Origin: Amphiscolops sp. MND2022 | Lineage: Eukaryota | Length of the DNA: 64,000 nt | Direction of reading: 5' to 3' | Assembly (NCBI GenBank): GCA_964187785.1 | Contig: OZ076412.1 | Coordinates: forward strand, 32,612,001-32,676,000 | Shown: positions 10,546 to 21,081 of the stretch, in pieces | How positions within the stretch are numbered: the first letter of the stretch is position 1 | Layout: every line of letters starts with the position of its first letter | Position numbers and translations under genes: made by a program | Notes under the pieces: generated by a model | Seen by the model: only the letters and a program-made list of their open reading frames with translations | Databases searched by the model: none | Told to the model about the DNA's origin: nothing

Positions 10546-10898
10546 TCTGATTGATTAATCAATCATTTTAATCTTTATAGAATCCCAGGTGCTGACGTTA
10601 TGCCAACGTCGCGTTTTTATTGGCTGCAAATTAAATCATTCGCCTTACCAAACTTGTCAACTATTTGCTGACGTCAAGTTCGTTAGCAATTAGCTAACTT
10701 AGAATTTATCACCGTTTTGATGACGTCATAAAAATTATAGCATTAATTTTTTACCCCTGATAAGTTTTTTGTCGACGTTTTGCCGACGTCAATTTCGTTG
10801 GTGAATTACCAACTTTAATTTTTGTCACAGTTTTGATGACGTCACTTTTGGAAATTGTTTCCATTTTGTTTGATTTTCAAATTCTCAGCTGTTTTGTG
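10546..10898. promoter_or_regulatory. Putative bidirectional promoter between ORF-C (-) and gene E (+), copy 1
   Basis: TGACGTCA at 10669, 10721 and 10837; an ATTGG (CCAAT) box near 10619; perfect 16-bp palindrome GATTGATTAATCAATC at 10549-10564. Confidence 0.55.
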
Positions 10899-13800
10899 AT
10901 GTCCGCTTCTCGTGGTCTTATCGAGTCAGGTGCTGTGAGCGGCAATGGGACGCAGTTCCTGTTCTCAGATGTCGATGTGCGCGAGAGTGACGCTGACCTT
11001 TTTCATCGGCCTGCACTTGGTAAGTATTCTATTCCTAGTTCCATTAAGCTTTTGTGAAATATACTTTCAACAGATAGGCCTTTTCTGTAGCAGTATTTTC
11101 ACAGCGTAGATTTTCTTGACGCGTCGATATTAGGAATGTTTTTCAGTGCCTGGTCTGGAGTCTTTGTTTCTTCTGGTCGGAACTTCTGCTACCGTTGTCA
11201 CAGCTTCCTTACCTGATGATCTTTCTGGCATCGCCATTGAATCGCTTGAAGGTTCTGCCACTACTGTTGACGCTGTTCCTCCTGTCCTTGAGGTGCCTGC
11301 TTCTCGCGTATCCCCCATCTGTAGAAGACAGATAACATGCCGAAAAAGAAGATGTCCCCCCTCTGTCGAAGACAGAAGGCATGCATAGAAAGAAGCTGTT
11401 CCATCGGCTAGAATGGTAGTAAGTGGTGATTATCTGATTGGTTCCCCAAAGCCTGTTGCTGGGAGGCCTGGCCCTCCAGTTTTTGTACCAGGTAATGTTA
11501 TTGTCTGTTTTGCTTTGATTGGGTTCTTTCTATCATATACTGTTTGATCATGTTTGTTTAGTATTGTCTTGCAGGGTATGTTGTTTATTTGTAGGGGAGA
11601 CCTCTGGCTTTGGTGTGGAAACTATGGGGGCATCATCGAGTAAGCGTCGCCGTTCTGTGCGCTTCTCGTCCTTGAGTCGTCAATTTTATGTCAATGCCCC
11701 AGTAGTAGTTACGACCGAGATGAAATAATTGACGCTTGCATGCAGGTTTCGAGGCTTAGCGAGTTGGTCGCCACCGAGCTGGGAACCCGCACATTGGAGC
11801 CTTTCGTTTCCAGTGAGTATTAGTGTGTTACTTGTTTTTTGTGCTTTTCGTTTGTTTTGGTGGAGGGTGTCTTGTGGTTGTCACAATCCGTTGAGGTGGT
11901 TTTGTTGTTATAGGGCTTGAAGCTTTGGTTTCTCGGGTAGAGCACAGTGTGGAGAGTGTGACGCCTTCCCAGCAACAAAAGAAATGGACTTAAAGTTCGC
12001 GGAATCGACTCGGCCGTGAGATGGTCCGGGACCACCATGTTCTGGAGTTGTTTGTGAGTGGGTCGAGCACTGGCTCAGATAGGACTTTTTTCTGCATCGT
12101 TTGTCACTGAGACGTGTCAATGGAGACCCGGGGGGCAGGCGAGTTGAGTCGTCATTTCTCTGAATACCGTCATTGGCAGGCTGACGTGACTTATCGAGTT
12201 CACCAAGGATTTCCAGTTTTTAATAAACTGATGGATCCTATCGAACTGTCGGAGTCTCAGAGGAGTTATTTCCTCTCTTGTCTTTTCAAGGATAAGTCGG
12301 AAGGATTCAGCTTCCCTGAGGACCTCCTCCCGCCCAGTACACTGTGTCCCTACTAACAATGGTGAATCGTCTCGTCGAGCTGTTGCGTGCTGGCGGAACG
12401 TACGTCCTCCTACGCTGATTGTGGGATTGTTTTCAGGCAACACTGGGGCCAGACAATCAGCTATATGCGCTGAACTGGAGTAAAGATGAGTCGTTGGTAA
12501 CTGTGTTCGCTTCTGTCCAAGGCGTGACTCTGATGTGTTTCTTCCCTAGGTTTTGGTGGGTGGGATACTATGGTCTATTTTGTCACTGATTGTAATTGGT
12601 TGTTGTTTGCAGGCGTTAGTTTGTCGCGCACTGTGGCCGCGAGTGTTGAGGATGTTACTGTCACGAGTGTCATCCTTCAAAGAATATTCAGTGATATTCG
12701 AGGAAAGTGGTGAGAAGCAGTCGTGTTTTGTCAGAACTTGGGAAGACAATTTTTTGTTGGACATCTGTGCGAATGTTGAGGTGCTTGGTCAACGCGTGCC
12801 TGCTTCCGAGTCGTCTTGAGCGGTGTGTAGTGTAGAGTCTAGTCGCATGTCCGTGAGTATTCGTGGTGGTCCTCAGGCTTTCCTGTGAGTATTAAGCGAT
12901 GCTCGTACTGATGGACGCTTGTTTAAATACTGTCGAGAGTTCACAAGTGATGTGTGTATGCAGTGCTACCGTCAGACCGACCAGGAGATTTTCGGTATAC
13001 TGGAGGTGACAGCGATGATTGACTTTTTATTGCTGAGATTGAAAACTGCCTTGCCTGAACCGTAGATGGAGGATTCGCCAACATTGCGTCGCTGTGTTGT
13101 CGCTGGCTGTGTCATGTTCTTTGATCTCCGTGCTGTCATCCGGTAGTTGCTTTCTGTGTGGGAAAGTGTTCGCGAATTCGTTCGTTATACTGGACCCCGG
13201 CAAATCAAGTCTACTTCTGATACGGTAATTATTACTTGTGTTGTCTGTTTTCTCGTTTCTATTTCGTCTTTTATCTCGGCTGATTGGGAAATGTGGATGA
13301 TTGGTCCGCAGGCTGAACCTTGCGGTTTTGTTTTAGATGCGAGAAGAGACAGTTTGATCTATTCGGATGAAAGAGGCGACTTGCGTTTGAAATTATTGCT
13401 CCACGTGTTGGATTGTTGTTATTATTGGTGTTTCTTGTTGTGTGTGATATAGGGAGAAAAAAGAAAGAAAAAACAGGTGGAGCTAAAAGAGGAGGGTGAT
13501 CTGGTTTTTAGTTTGTGATTATAATTTGTTTGTTCTGTTGCAGATTGGTGTAATTTCCCAAAGCAATTGTCTGGACGAGACGACTACAGTTTTCACAGTT
13601 ATTCGGAGCTCTGTCATTTTATCTACTGTGTATTGTCACGAACTCGGAAATTGTCGTCGCTTCCTGGGATTCAGGCATGAGACGATTATATGGATCGCGA
13701 TAAACTGGCTGAGATAGAGAAAATTGACTTGAGGGTTTCTTGTTGACAGGCGAGTTCGGTGACGAATTGCAACAAGGGGCCACCGTGAAGTGCGAGTGTT

Positions 13801-14766
13801 TAAAAAACGAGTTCTTGAATTCTTGGATCATTTCGTTGACGTCGTTTCATTGTTGTATTTGATTTCGTCCAACGTTATGCAAGGGCTGTTTTCCTTTTGT
13901 TCAGATACTTTACTCGAAGGGGACGATTTTCGTGGTTTAGTTCAAGTGGTTCAAGTGGTTCCAGTGATCTTCAAGTGGTTTCGTAAGTTGCTTTCTGTTC
14001 TGAAGAAGAGTGGATGTTTGAGTGAGGATGAGTCTGTGGCCAGTTGTGAAGAACTTACGACTTGTGCTGTTGATGCGCGTGCACGACCTTCGATTAGTGA
14101 GAAGAACGCTGAAGATATTCCTGACATCGTGGTTATCTATTAGCTGTTTAGTTTCTTGTCACGGGGGCATTTGTGACGAACTTTTAAAATCTGTTGCCTT
14201 GTTGTTGTGCAGCGTCGGAAATTGTATCCAACTGTTTCATTCGAACTGGGTGGATGTGCTGTTACTCCAGCTCTGCTGTCGTCCTGCATTACGGGGGTAC
14301 AGCGTTATGTGCTGTCGCCCTGTTATAAGCAGAAAAGTTTTGTTACGAAGAGCACTATGGAAGCTGTACGTGATGCTATCCGTGGGTCTCGGTCTTTTTT
14401 ATCTGATGCGAGTTTCGATCCTTGGGCTGGCTTGTTGAGTGGAGATCGTGATGCCTTCGTCAAGCAGTACGTCGATGAGTTTACGTCTTTTTTGGCTGGG
14501 ATACATATCAGTATTTGTATGGTGCTAAGAGGCATAGTAGTCGAGTGGCCACTGGTGAGCTGTCTGAATCTTCGTCCGGTGTGAGTGGTGAGAAACTGTT
14601 TGCTGGTGCGGGAGCGGCCTTCAGTAAATCTGCACGCGTTGCTGAGGCGTCTAAAGCGTGTCCGTCTGTTTGTAGTAACGATAGTGACGAGAGTCTTTCG
14701 AAATTATTGAAGAAGAAAAGTAAAGGCCGAAAAAGTCGAAATTCAGGATCACGTTCCAATTTGTAG
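10899..14766 (+). pseudogene. Spliced accessory gene E, copy 1: BED-like C2H2 finger and hAT-transposase-like motifs, ~1,000 aa reconstructed
   Basis: GT-AG introns at 11020-11146, 11492-11594, 11813-11913, 12497-12612, 13225-13452 and 13496-13543 join open frames with matching phases. Motifs: FFCIVCHRDVSMETRGAGELSRHFSEYRHW (C-x2-C-x16-H-x5-H), YSVIFEESG...CFVRTW, LRAVIR.LLSVWESVREF, basic C-terminus KKKSKGRKSR. In-frame stops and frameshifts are present. The spliced gene is well supported; the hAT identity only moderately. Confidence 0.7.
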
Positions 14767-14778
14767 AAGAAATAACTT

Positions 14779-17165
14779 TCACGCTGTATTGAACTTTGAA
14801 ACCTTGCTTGTTATGTGTTTATTTATTTCTTTTATTGAGTGTCCTTTTTGGACATTTGGTTGTGAATCTGCTGGAAATATAAAATCTGGTAAGACAAAAA
14901 GCTCCCCAGCAGAGTATTCAAAATAGCCTGGTGTCAAAGAAAAAGCAAGTGAAAAGGCCGTATTATGCCAGTAATTGGACTCTGAATCATGTCTTTTCCT
15001 TTTAGTGAGTCGTAGTGATAGCGTCAAGTTGTCTGAAGTCAGGAATAGCAAAGGCTTAAGATTAGTTCGCAATTTGTACTTTGCTGTTTTTCTCGGATAA
15101 TATCCGACGACTCTAGTCGGTGATTTTCAGGGAATAGGTGGATTTTCAGTGAGTGGGGGGCGATGTATATATGGACTATCCCCTACGTCTGTATTGAGAT
15201 TTGAGAAATCTGGTAACGACGCCGTGACGTCATTCGTGTTTTCGGTTTGATTTTCTGTTACGTTTTGCATCGACTTTTCGTCATTCGTGTTCAACTTTTT
15301 TAGTGTCGCAGCTTGTTGTTTATTGCTTGCAATTTCTGACGTCTCGTATTCGTCAGTTTGCTTTCCAGTATCCATTTCCCAAGATACTGCATACCATTCG
15401 TTGTGCGACACATTGACGTCCGGATCTGGGAGATATTCGTTTGATCGTACAGTGACGTCAGGTATTCGTTGTTCTGGCACGGTAGGACGTATTCGGATTC
15501 TGTGTAGAATTTGTGTATATCTTTTGCCAATTTTCCGTATCGTGTAATTGTTATTTGATAGTACTTTTTTGACTATTTACGGTCCCATCCAAATGCAATC
15601 TAGAAAAGTATATTTTGTCGATTGGCTGTCAGCTTACGGATTAAGAATATAGCAACAGTCAATTATTTTGAGCAGAGCTGCAGACGTTTTGCGGTGTAAA
15701 ATGTTTTGTATTCGAGATAAGACAGCATGAAATTGTCCTTTGCTGTCGCGCGCACTTCGTCAATTTGGTTTTGGAGTTGCTCTGCTATATCTGAGTTAGG
15801 TCTAGTTTTCCATTTTGGCTTGATGCCCAGTTTTAAGTCAAGAACGTTGTAAGGTTTTCGTCCATGAAATACCGTAGATGGCGCGCAGCCTAGAGTTCCA
15901 TGGTAGGTCTTGTTGTAGTTCATGACTGCAATTTGGACATATTTGTGGCATCTTGAACGTTTCTCTCCCGTTAATATTTTTAAAGCTGTTTTGATAGAAG
16001 CGTGTGTTCGTTCCAAGATTCCAAATATTTGTGCATGTTCTGTGAACGCATAAGTACGCGTGTCTTGTCATGACGTCGACAATGCATCGTCCAGTTGTTT
16101 TTGCTGTAACGTTCTGCGTTGGATATGCAAATAGATAGCGCGAGAATACATCGATCACGGTTACAATGTTTTGGTATTCTGCGGAATTTGGAAGATTCGG
16201 TAATATATCGATCTGTAGGATATCTTCCGGTCCCAAGACGTGTTCTGTATTGTTGATCATTTTTGGTCTGATTTGATTTTTACTAATTTTCTTGTATTTA
16301 ATACTGACTTCGCACTGTGAAACCCATTGTTTGATTCTTCTGGCTAATCCTGGGTAGTATTGCTTCGATCAGCATTCTTGGATCAACTTCGTGATTCCTG
16401 GGTCTTTTCCCATTTGTCCGTGAATTGCTCTTAGAAGTTCTGTTATTAGGTGTTCGGGGAGTAATATTTTGATGGTGGGTGACTTGTCTGCTTTCCCCAT
16501 AGTATTTCCTCATTAATATGCCGTCTTTGACTATTAGTCTATTTTCGTGGACTAATAAGCGTTTTGCGTTCGTATTCGTTTGTAATAGGTGTTTGTTGTA
16601 TTCTTCGCAGATGAGTTTTCGTTTTATTGCTTTGAACACCAAGTCCGCGTCTTGCTCGACTCTGATGCGTGCATCTTCTTTTATTGCCCTAAAAGGTGTA
16701 TGATGCCTTGTTTTTTGGAATTGGGGTTGTTTCTTATTAGCCAGTTTTAGTTTTGTCGTCTCTTCGTTGCGCGCATTTTGTCTCGCTTGCTCTTTTTGTA
16801 GCAGAATTTCTTCCTCAAATTCAAGAGTTTGTTCTGGAAGGAAGAAAAGTTATTCTTCGTCTGCAACGTCTGGTGATTGTAAATTGACTTGTATCGGTCG
16901 GATTGTGATATCGTTTTTGATTTTCAGTTCAAATCTTTCTTCGAGATTGAGCTCGATCCTTGACAAAAAATCAGCTGCTGTGTTTTGCGTCCCCGCTACG
17001 TGCATGATGTGGAAATTGAATTGTAGCACATAATCACTTGCATTCCATAGTGTGGGAGGGATCGCTTTTGTTGGAAAAAGCGTGTTACCGACCTAATGTC
17101 AGTCATTACAAGTGTCGGTAGATTTGTTTCCCACAAGATTTGGCTGTAGTCTACAAATGCGTGAT
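14779..17165 (-). pseudogene. pol 3' part, copy 1 (C-terminal tail, integrase, partial RNase H)
   Basis: HGQMG...YYPGLARRIKQWVSQCEV, LQIDILPNLP...IDVFSRYLFAYP, ILERTHASIK. Frameshifted; the second-Asp segment is deleted. Confidence 0.88.
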
Positions 17166-18349
17166 ACTACAGTTTTCACAGTTATTCGGAGCTCTGTCAT
17201 TTTATCTACTGTGTATTGTCACGAACTCGGAAATTGTCGTCGCTTCCTGGGATTCAGGCATGAGACGATTATATGGATCGCGATAAACTGGCTGAGATAG
17301 AGAAAATTGACTTGAGGGTTTCTTGTTGACAGGCGAGTTCGGTGACCAATTGCAACAAGGGGCCACCGTGAAGTGCGAGTGTTTAAAAAACGAGTTCTTG
17401 AATTCTTGGATCATTTCGTTGACGTCGTTTCATTGTTGTATTTGATTTCGTCCAACGTTATGCAAGGGCTGTTTTCCTTTTGTTCAGATACTTTACTCGA
17501 AGGGGACGATTTTCGTGGTTTAGTTCAAGTGGTTCAAGTGGTTCCAGTGATCTTCAAGTGGTTTCGTAAGTTGCTTTCTGTTCTGAAGAAGAGTGGATGT
17601 TTGAGTGAGGATGAGTCTGTGGCCAGTTGTGAAGAACTTACGACTTGTGCTGTTGATGCGCGTGCACGACCTTCGATTAGTGAGAAGAACGCTGAAGATA
17701 TTCCTGACATCGTGGTTATCTATTAGCTGTTTAGTTTCTTGTCACGGGGGCATTTGTGACGAACTTTTAAAATCTGTTGCCTTGTTGTTGTGCAGCGTCG
17801 GAAATTGTATCCAACTGTTTCATTCGAACTGGGTGGATGTGCTGTTACTCCAGCTCTGCTGTCGTCCTGCATTACGGGGGTACAGCGTTATGTGCTGTCG
17901 CCCTGTTATAAGCAGAAAAGTTTTGTTACGAAGAGCACTATGGAAGCTGTACGTGATGCTATCCGTGGGTCTCGGTCTTTTTTATCTGATGCGAGTTTCG
18001 ATCCTTGGGCTGGCTTGTTGAGTGGAGATCGTGATGCCTTCGTCAAGCAGTACGTCGATGAGTTTACGTCTTTTTTGGCTGGGATACATATCAGTATTTG
18101 TATGGTGCTAAGAGGCATAGTAGTCGAGTGGCCACTGGTGAGCTGTCTGAATCTTCGTCCGGTGTGAGTGGTGAGAAACTGTTTGCTGGTGCGGGAGCGG
18201 CCTTCAGTAAATCTGCACGCGTTGCTGAGGCGTCTAAAGCGTGTCCGTCTGTTTGTAGTAACGATAGTGACGAGAGTCTTTCGAAATTATTGAAGAAGAA
18301 AAGTAAAGGCCGAAAAAGTCGAAATTCAGGATCACGTTCCAATTTGTAG
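17166..18349 (+). pseudogene. Gene E last-exon fragment (duplicated)
   Basis: Copy of 13583-14766. Confidence 0.8.
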
Positions 18350-18359
18350 AAGAAATGAC

Positions 18360-20975
18360 TTTCACGTTGTATTGAACTTTGAAACCTTGCTTGTTATGTG
18401 TTTATTTATTTTCTTTTATTGAGTGTCCTTTTTGGACATTTGGTTGTGAATCTGCTGGAAATATAAAATCTGGTAAGACAAAAAGCTCCCCAGCAGAGTA
18501 TTCAAAATGGTCTGGTGTCAAAGAAAAAGCAAGTGAAAAGGCCGTATTATGCCAGTAATTGGACTCTGAATCATGTCTTTTTCTTTTAGTGAGTCGTAGT
18601 GATAGCGTCAAGTTGTCTGAAGTCAGGAATAGCAAAGGCTTAAGATTAGTTCGCAATTTGTACTTCGCTGTTTTTCTCGGATAATATCCGACGACTCTAG
18701 TCGGTGATTTTAAGGGAATAGGTGGATTTTCAGTGAGTGGGGGGCGATGTATATATGGACTATCCCCTACGTCTGTATTGAGATTTGAGAAATCTGGTAA
18801 CGACGCCGTGACGTCATTCGTGTTTTCGGTTTGATTTTCTGTTACGTTTTGCATCGACTTTTCGTCATTCGTGTTCAACTTTTTTAGTGTCGCAGCTTGT
18901 TGTTTATTGCTTGCAATTTCTGACGTCTCGTATTCGTCAGTTTGCTTTCCAGTATCCATTTCCCAAGATACTGCATACCATTCGTTGTGCGACACATTGA
19001 CGTCCGGATCTGGGAGATATTCGTTTGATCGTACAGTGACGTCAGGTATTCGTTGTTCTGGCACGGTAGGACGTATTCGGATTCTGTGTAGAATTTGTGT
19101 ATATCTTTTGCCAATTTTCCGTATCGTGTAATTGTTATTTGATAGTACTTTTTTGACTATTTACGGTCCCATCCAAATGCAATCTTGAAATGTATATTTT
19201 GTCGATTGGCTGTCAGCTTACGGATTATGAATATAGCAACAGTCAGTTATTTTGAGCAGAGCTGCAGACGTTTTGCGGTGTAAAATGTTTTGTATTCGAG
19301 ATAAGACAGCATGAAATTGTCCTTTGCTGTCGCGCGCACTTCGTCAATTTGTTTTTGGAGTTGCTCTGCTATATCTGAGTTAGGCCTAGTTTTCCATTTT
19401 GGCTTGATGCCCAGTTTTAAGTCAAGAACGTTGTAAGGTTTTCGTCCATGAAATACCGTAGATGGCGCGCAGCCTAGAGTTCCATGGTAGGTCTTGTTGT
19501 AGTTCATGACTGCAATTTGGACATATTTGTGGCATCTTGAACGTTTCTCTCCCGTTAATATTTTTAAAGCTGTTTTGATAGAAGCGTGTGTTCGTTCCAA
19601 GATTCCAAATATTTGTGCATGTTCTGTGAACGCATAAGTACGCGTGTCTCGTCATGACGTCGACAATGCATCGTCCAGTTGTTTTTGCTGTAACGTTCTG
19701 CGTTGGATATGCAAATAGATAGCGCGAGAATACATCGATCACGGTTACAATGTTTTGGTATTCTGCGGAATTTGGAAGATTCGGTAATATATCGATCTGT
19801 AGGATATCTTCCGGTCCCAAGACGTGTTCTGTATTGTTGATCATTTTTGGTCTGATTTGATTTTTACTAATTTTCTTGTATTTAATACTGACTTCGCACT
19901 GTGAAACCCATTGTTTGATTCTTCTGGCTAATCCTGGGTAGTATTGCTTCGATCAGCATTCTTGGATCAACTTCTTGATTCCTGGGTGTTTTCCCATTTG
20001 TCCGTGAATTGCTCTTAGAAGTTCTGTTATTAGGTGTTCGGGGAGTAATATTTTGATGGTGGGTGACTTGTCTGCTTTCCCCATAGTATTTCCTCATTAG
20101 TATGCCGTCTTTGACTATTAGTCTATTTTCGTGGACTAATAAGCGTTTTGCGTTCGTATTCGTTTGTAATAGGTGTTTGTTGTATTCTTCGCAGATGAGT
20201 TTTCGTTTTATTGCTTTGAACACCAAGTCCGCGTCTTGCTCGACTCTGATGCGTGCATCTTCTTTTATTGTCCCAAAAGGTGTATGATGCCTTGTTTTTT
20301 GGAATTGGGGTTGTTTCTTATTAGCCAGTTTTAGTTTTGTCGTCTCTTCGTTGCGCGCATTTTGTCTCGCTGGCTCTTTTTGTAGCAGAATTTCTTCCTC
20401 AAATTCAAGAGTTTGTTCTGGAAGGAAGAAAAGTTATTCTTCGTCTGCAACGTCTGGTGATTGTAAATTGACTTGTATCGGTCGGATTGTGATATCGTTT
20501 TTGATTTTTAGTTCAAATCTTTCTTCGAGATTGAGGTCGATCCTTGATAAAAAATCAGCTGCTGTATTTTGCGTCCCCGCTACGTGCATGATGTGGAAAT
20601 TGAATTGTAGCACATAATCACTTGCATTCCGTAGTGTGGAAGGGATCGTTTTTGTTTGAAAAAGCGTGTTACCGACCTAATGTCAGTCATTACAAGTGTC
20701 GGTAGATTTGTTTCCCACAAGAATTGGCTGTAGTCTACAAATGCGTGATACATCACTAAGGACTCTTTGCAGTAGATTGACATTTTTATTTGTGCTGGGT
20801 AAAACACTTTCGATCCGAATGCGACTGGGGCGAAAATATTCTTTTTTGATTTGAGTTTTTTATCCTTGTCTTCTATCATTAGCTCATAGCCTGAGGCGCG
20901 AAAGCTGGCATCCGCCATTAGGACGGATTGGCGTCCTGTAATTAGTTTTTTGAAAGCCAATCCGCATGCTTATGT
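18360..20975 (-). pseudogene. pol 3' part, duplicated copy (tail, integrase, RNase H)
   Basis: As 14779-17165, plus LMADASFRASGY...APVAFGSKVF...CKESL (RNase H). Confidence 0.88.
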
Positions 20976-21081
20976 GTGTTTTGGTGAATTACCAACTTTA
21001 ATTTTTGTCACCGTTTTGATGACGTCACTTTTGGAAATTGTTTCCATTTTGTTTGATTTTCAAATTCTCAGCTGTTTTGTG

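Larger units (their letters stand above)
13583..20749. repeat. Near-perfect 3,583-bp direct tandem duplication (13583-17165 and 17166-~20749)
   Basis: Identical ORF sets offset by 3583-3584 bp (13790/17373, 14515/18098, 15663/19247). The junction has 2-bp AC microhomology; the copies differ by a few substitutions and indels. Confidence 0.95.

Noticed and set aside
10546-14790. Gene E as an ordinary recently nested hAT transposon
   Set aside because: I found no TIRs or 8-bp TSD, and the catalytic motifs look degenerate. Not fully excluded, since old termini may have eroded.
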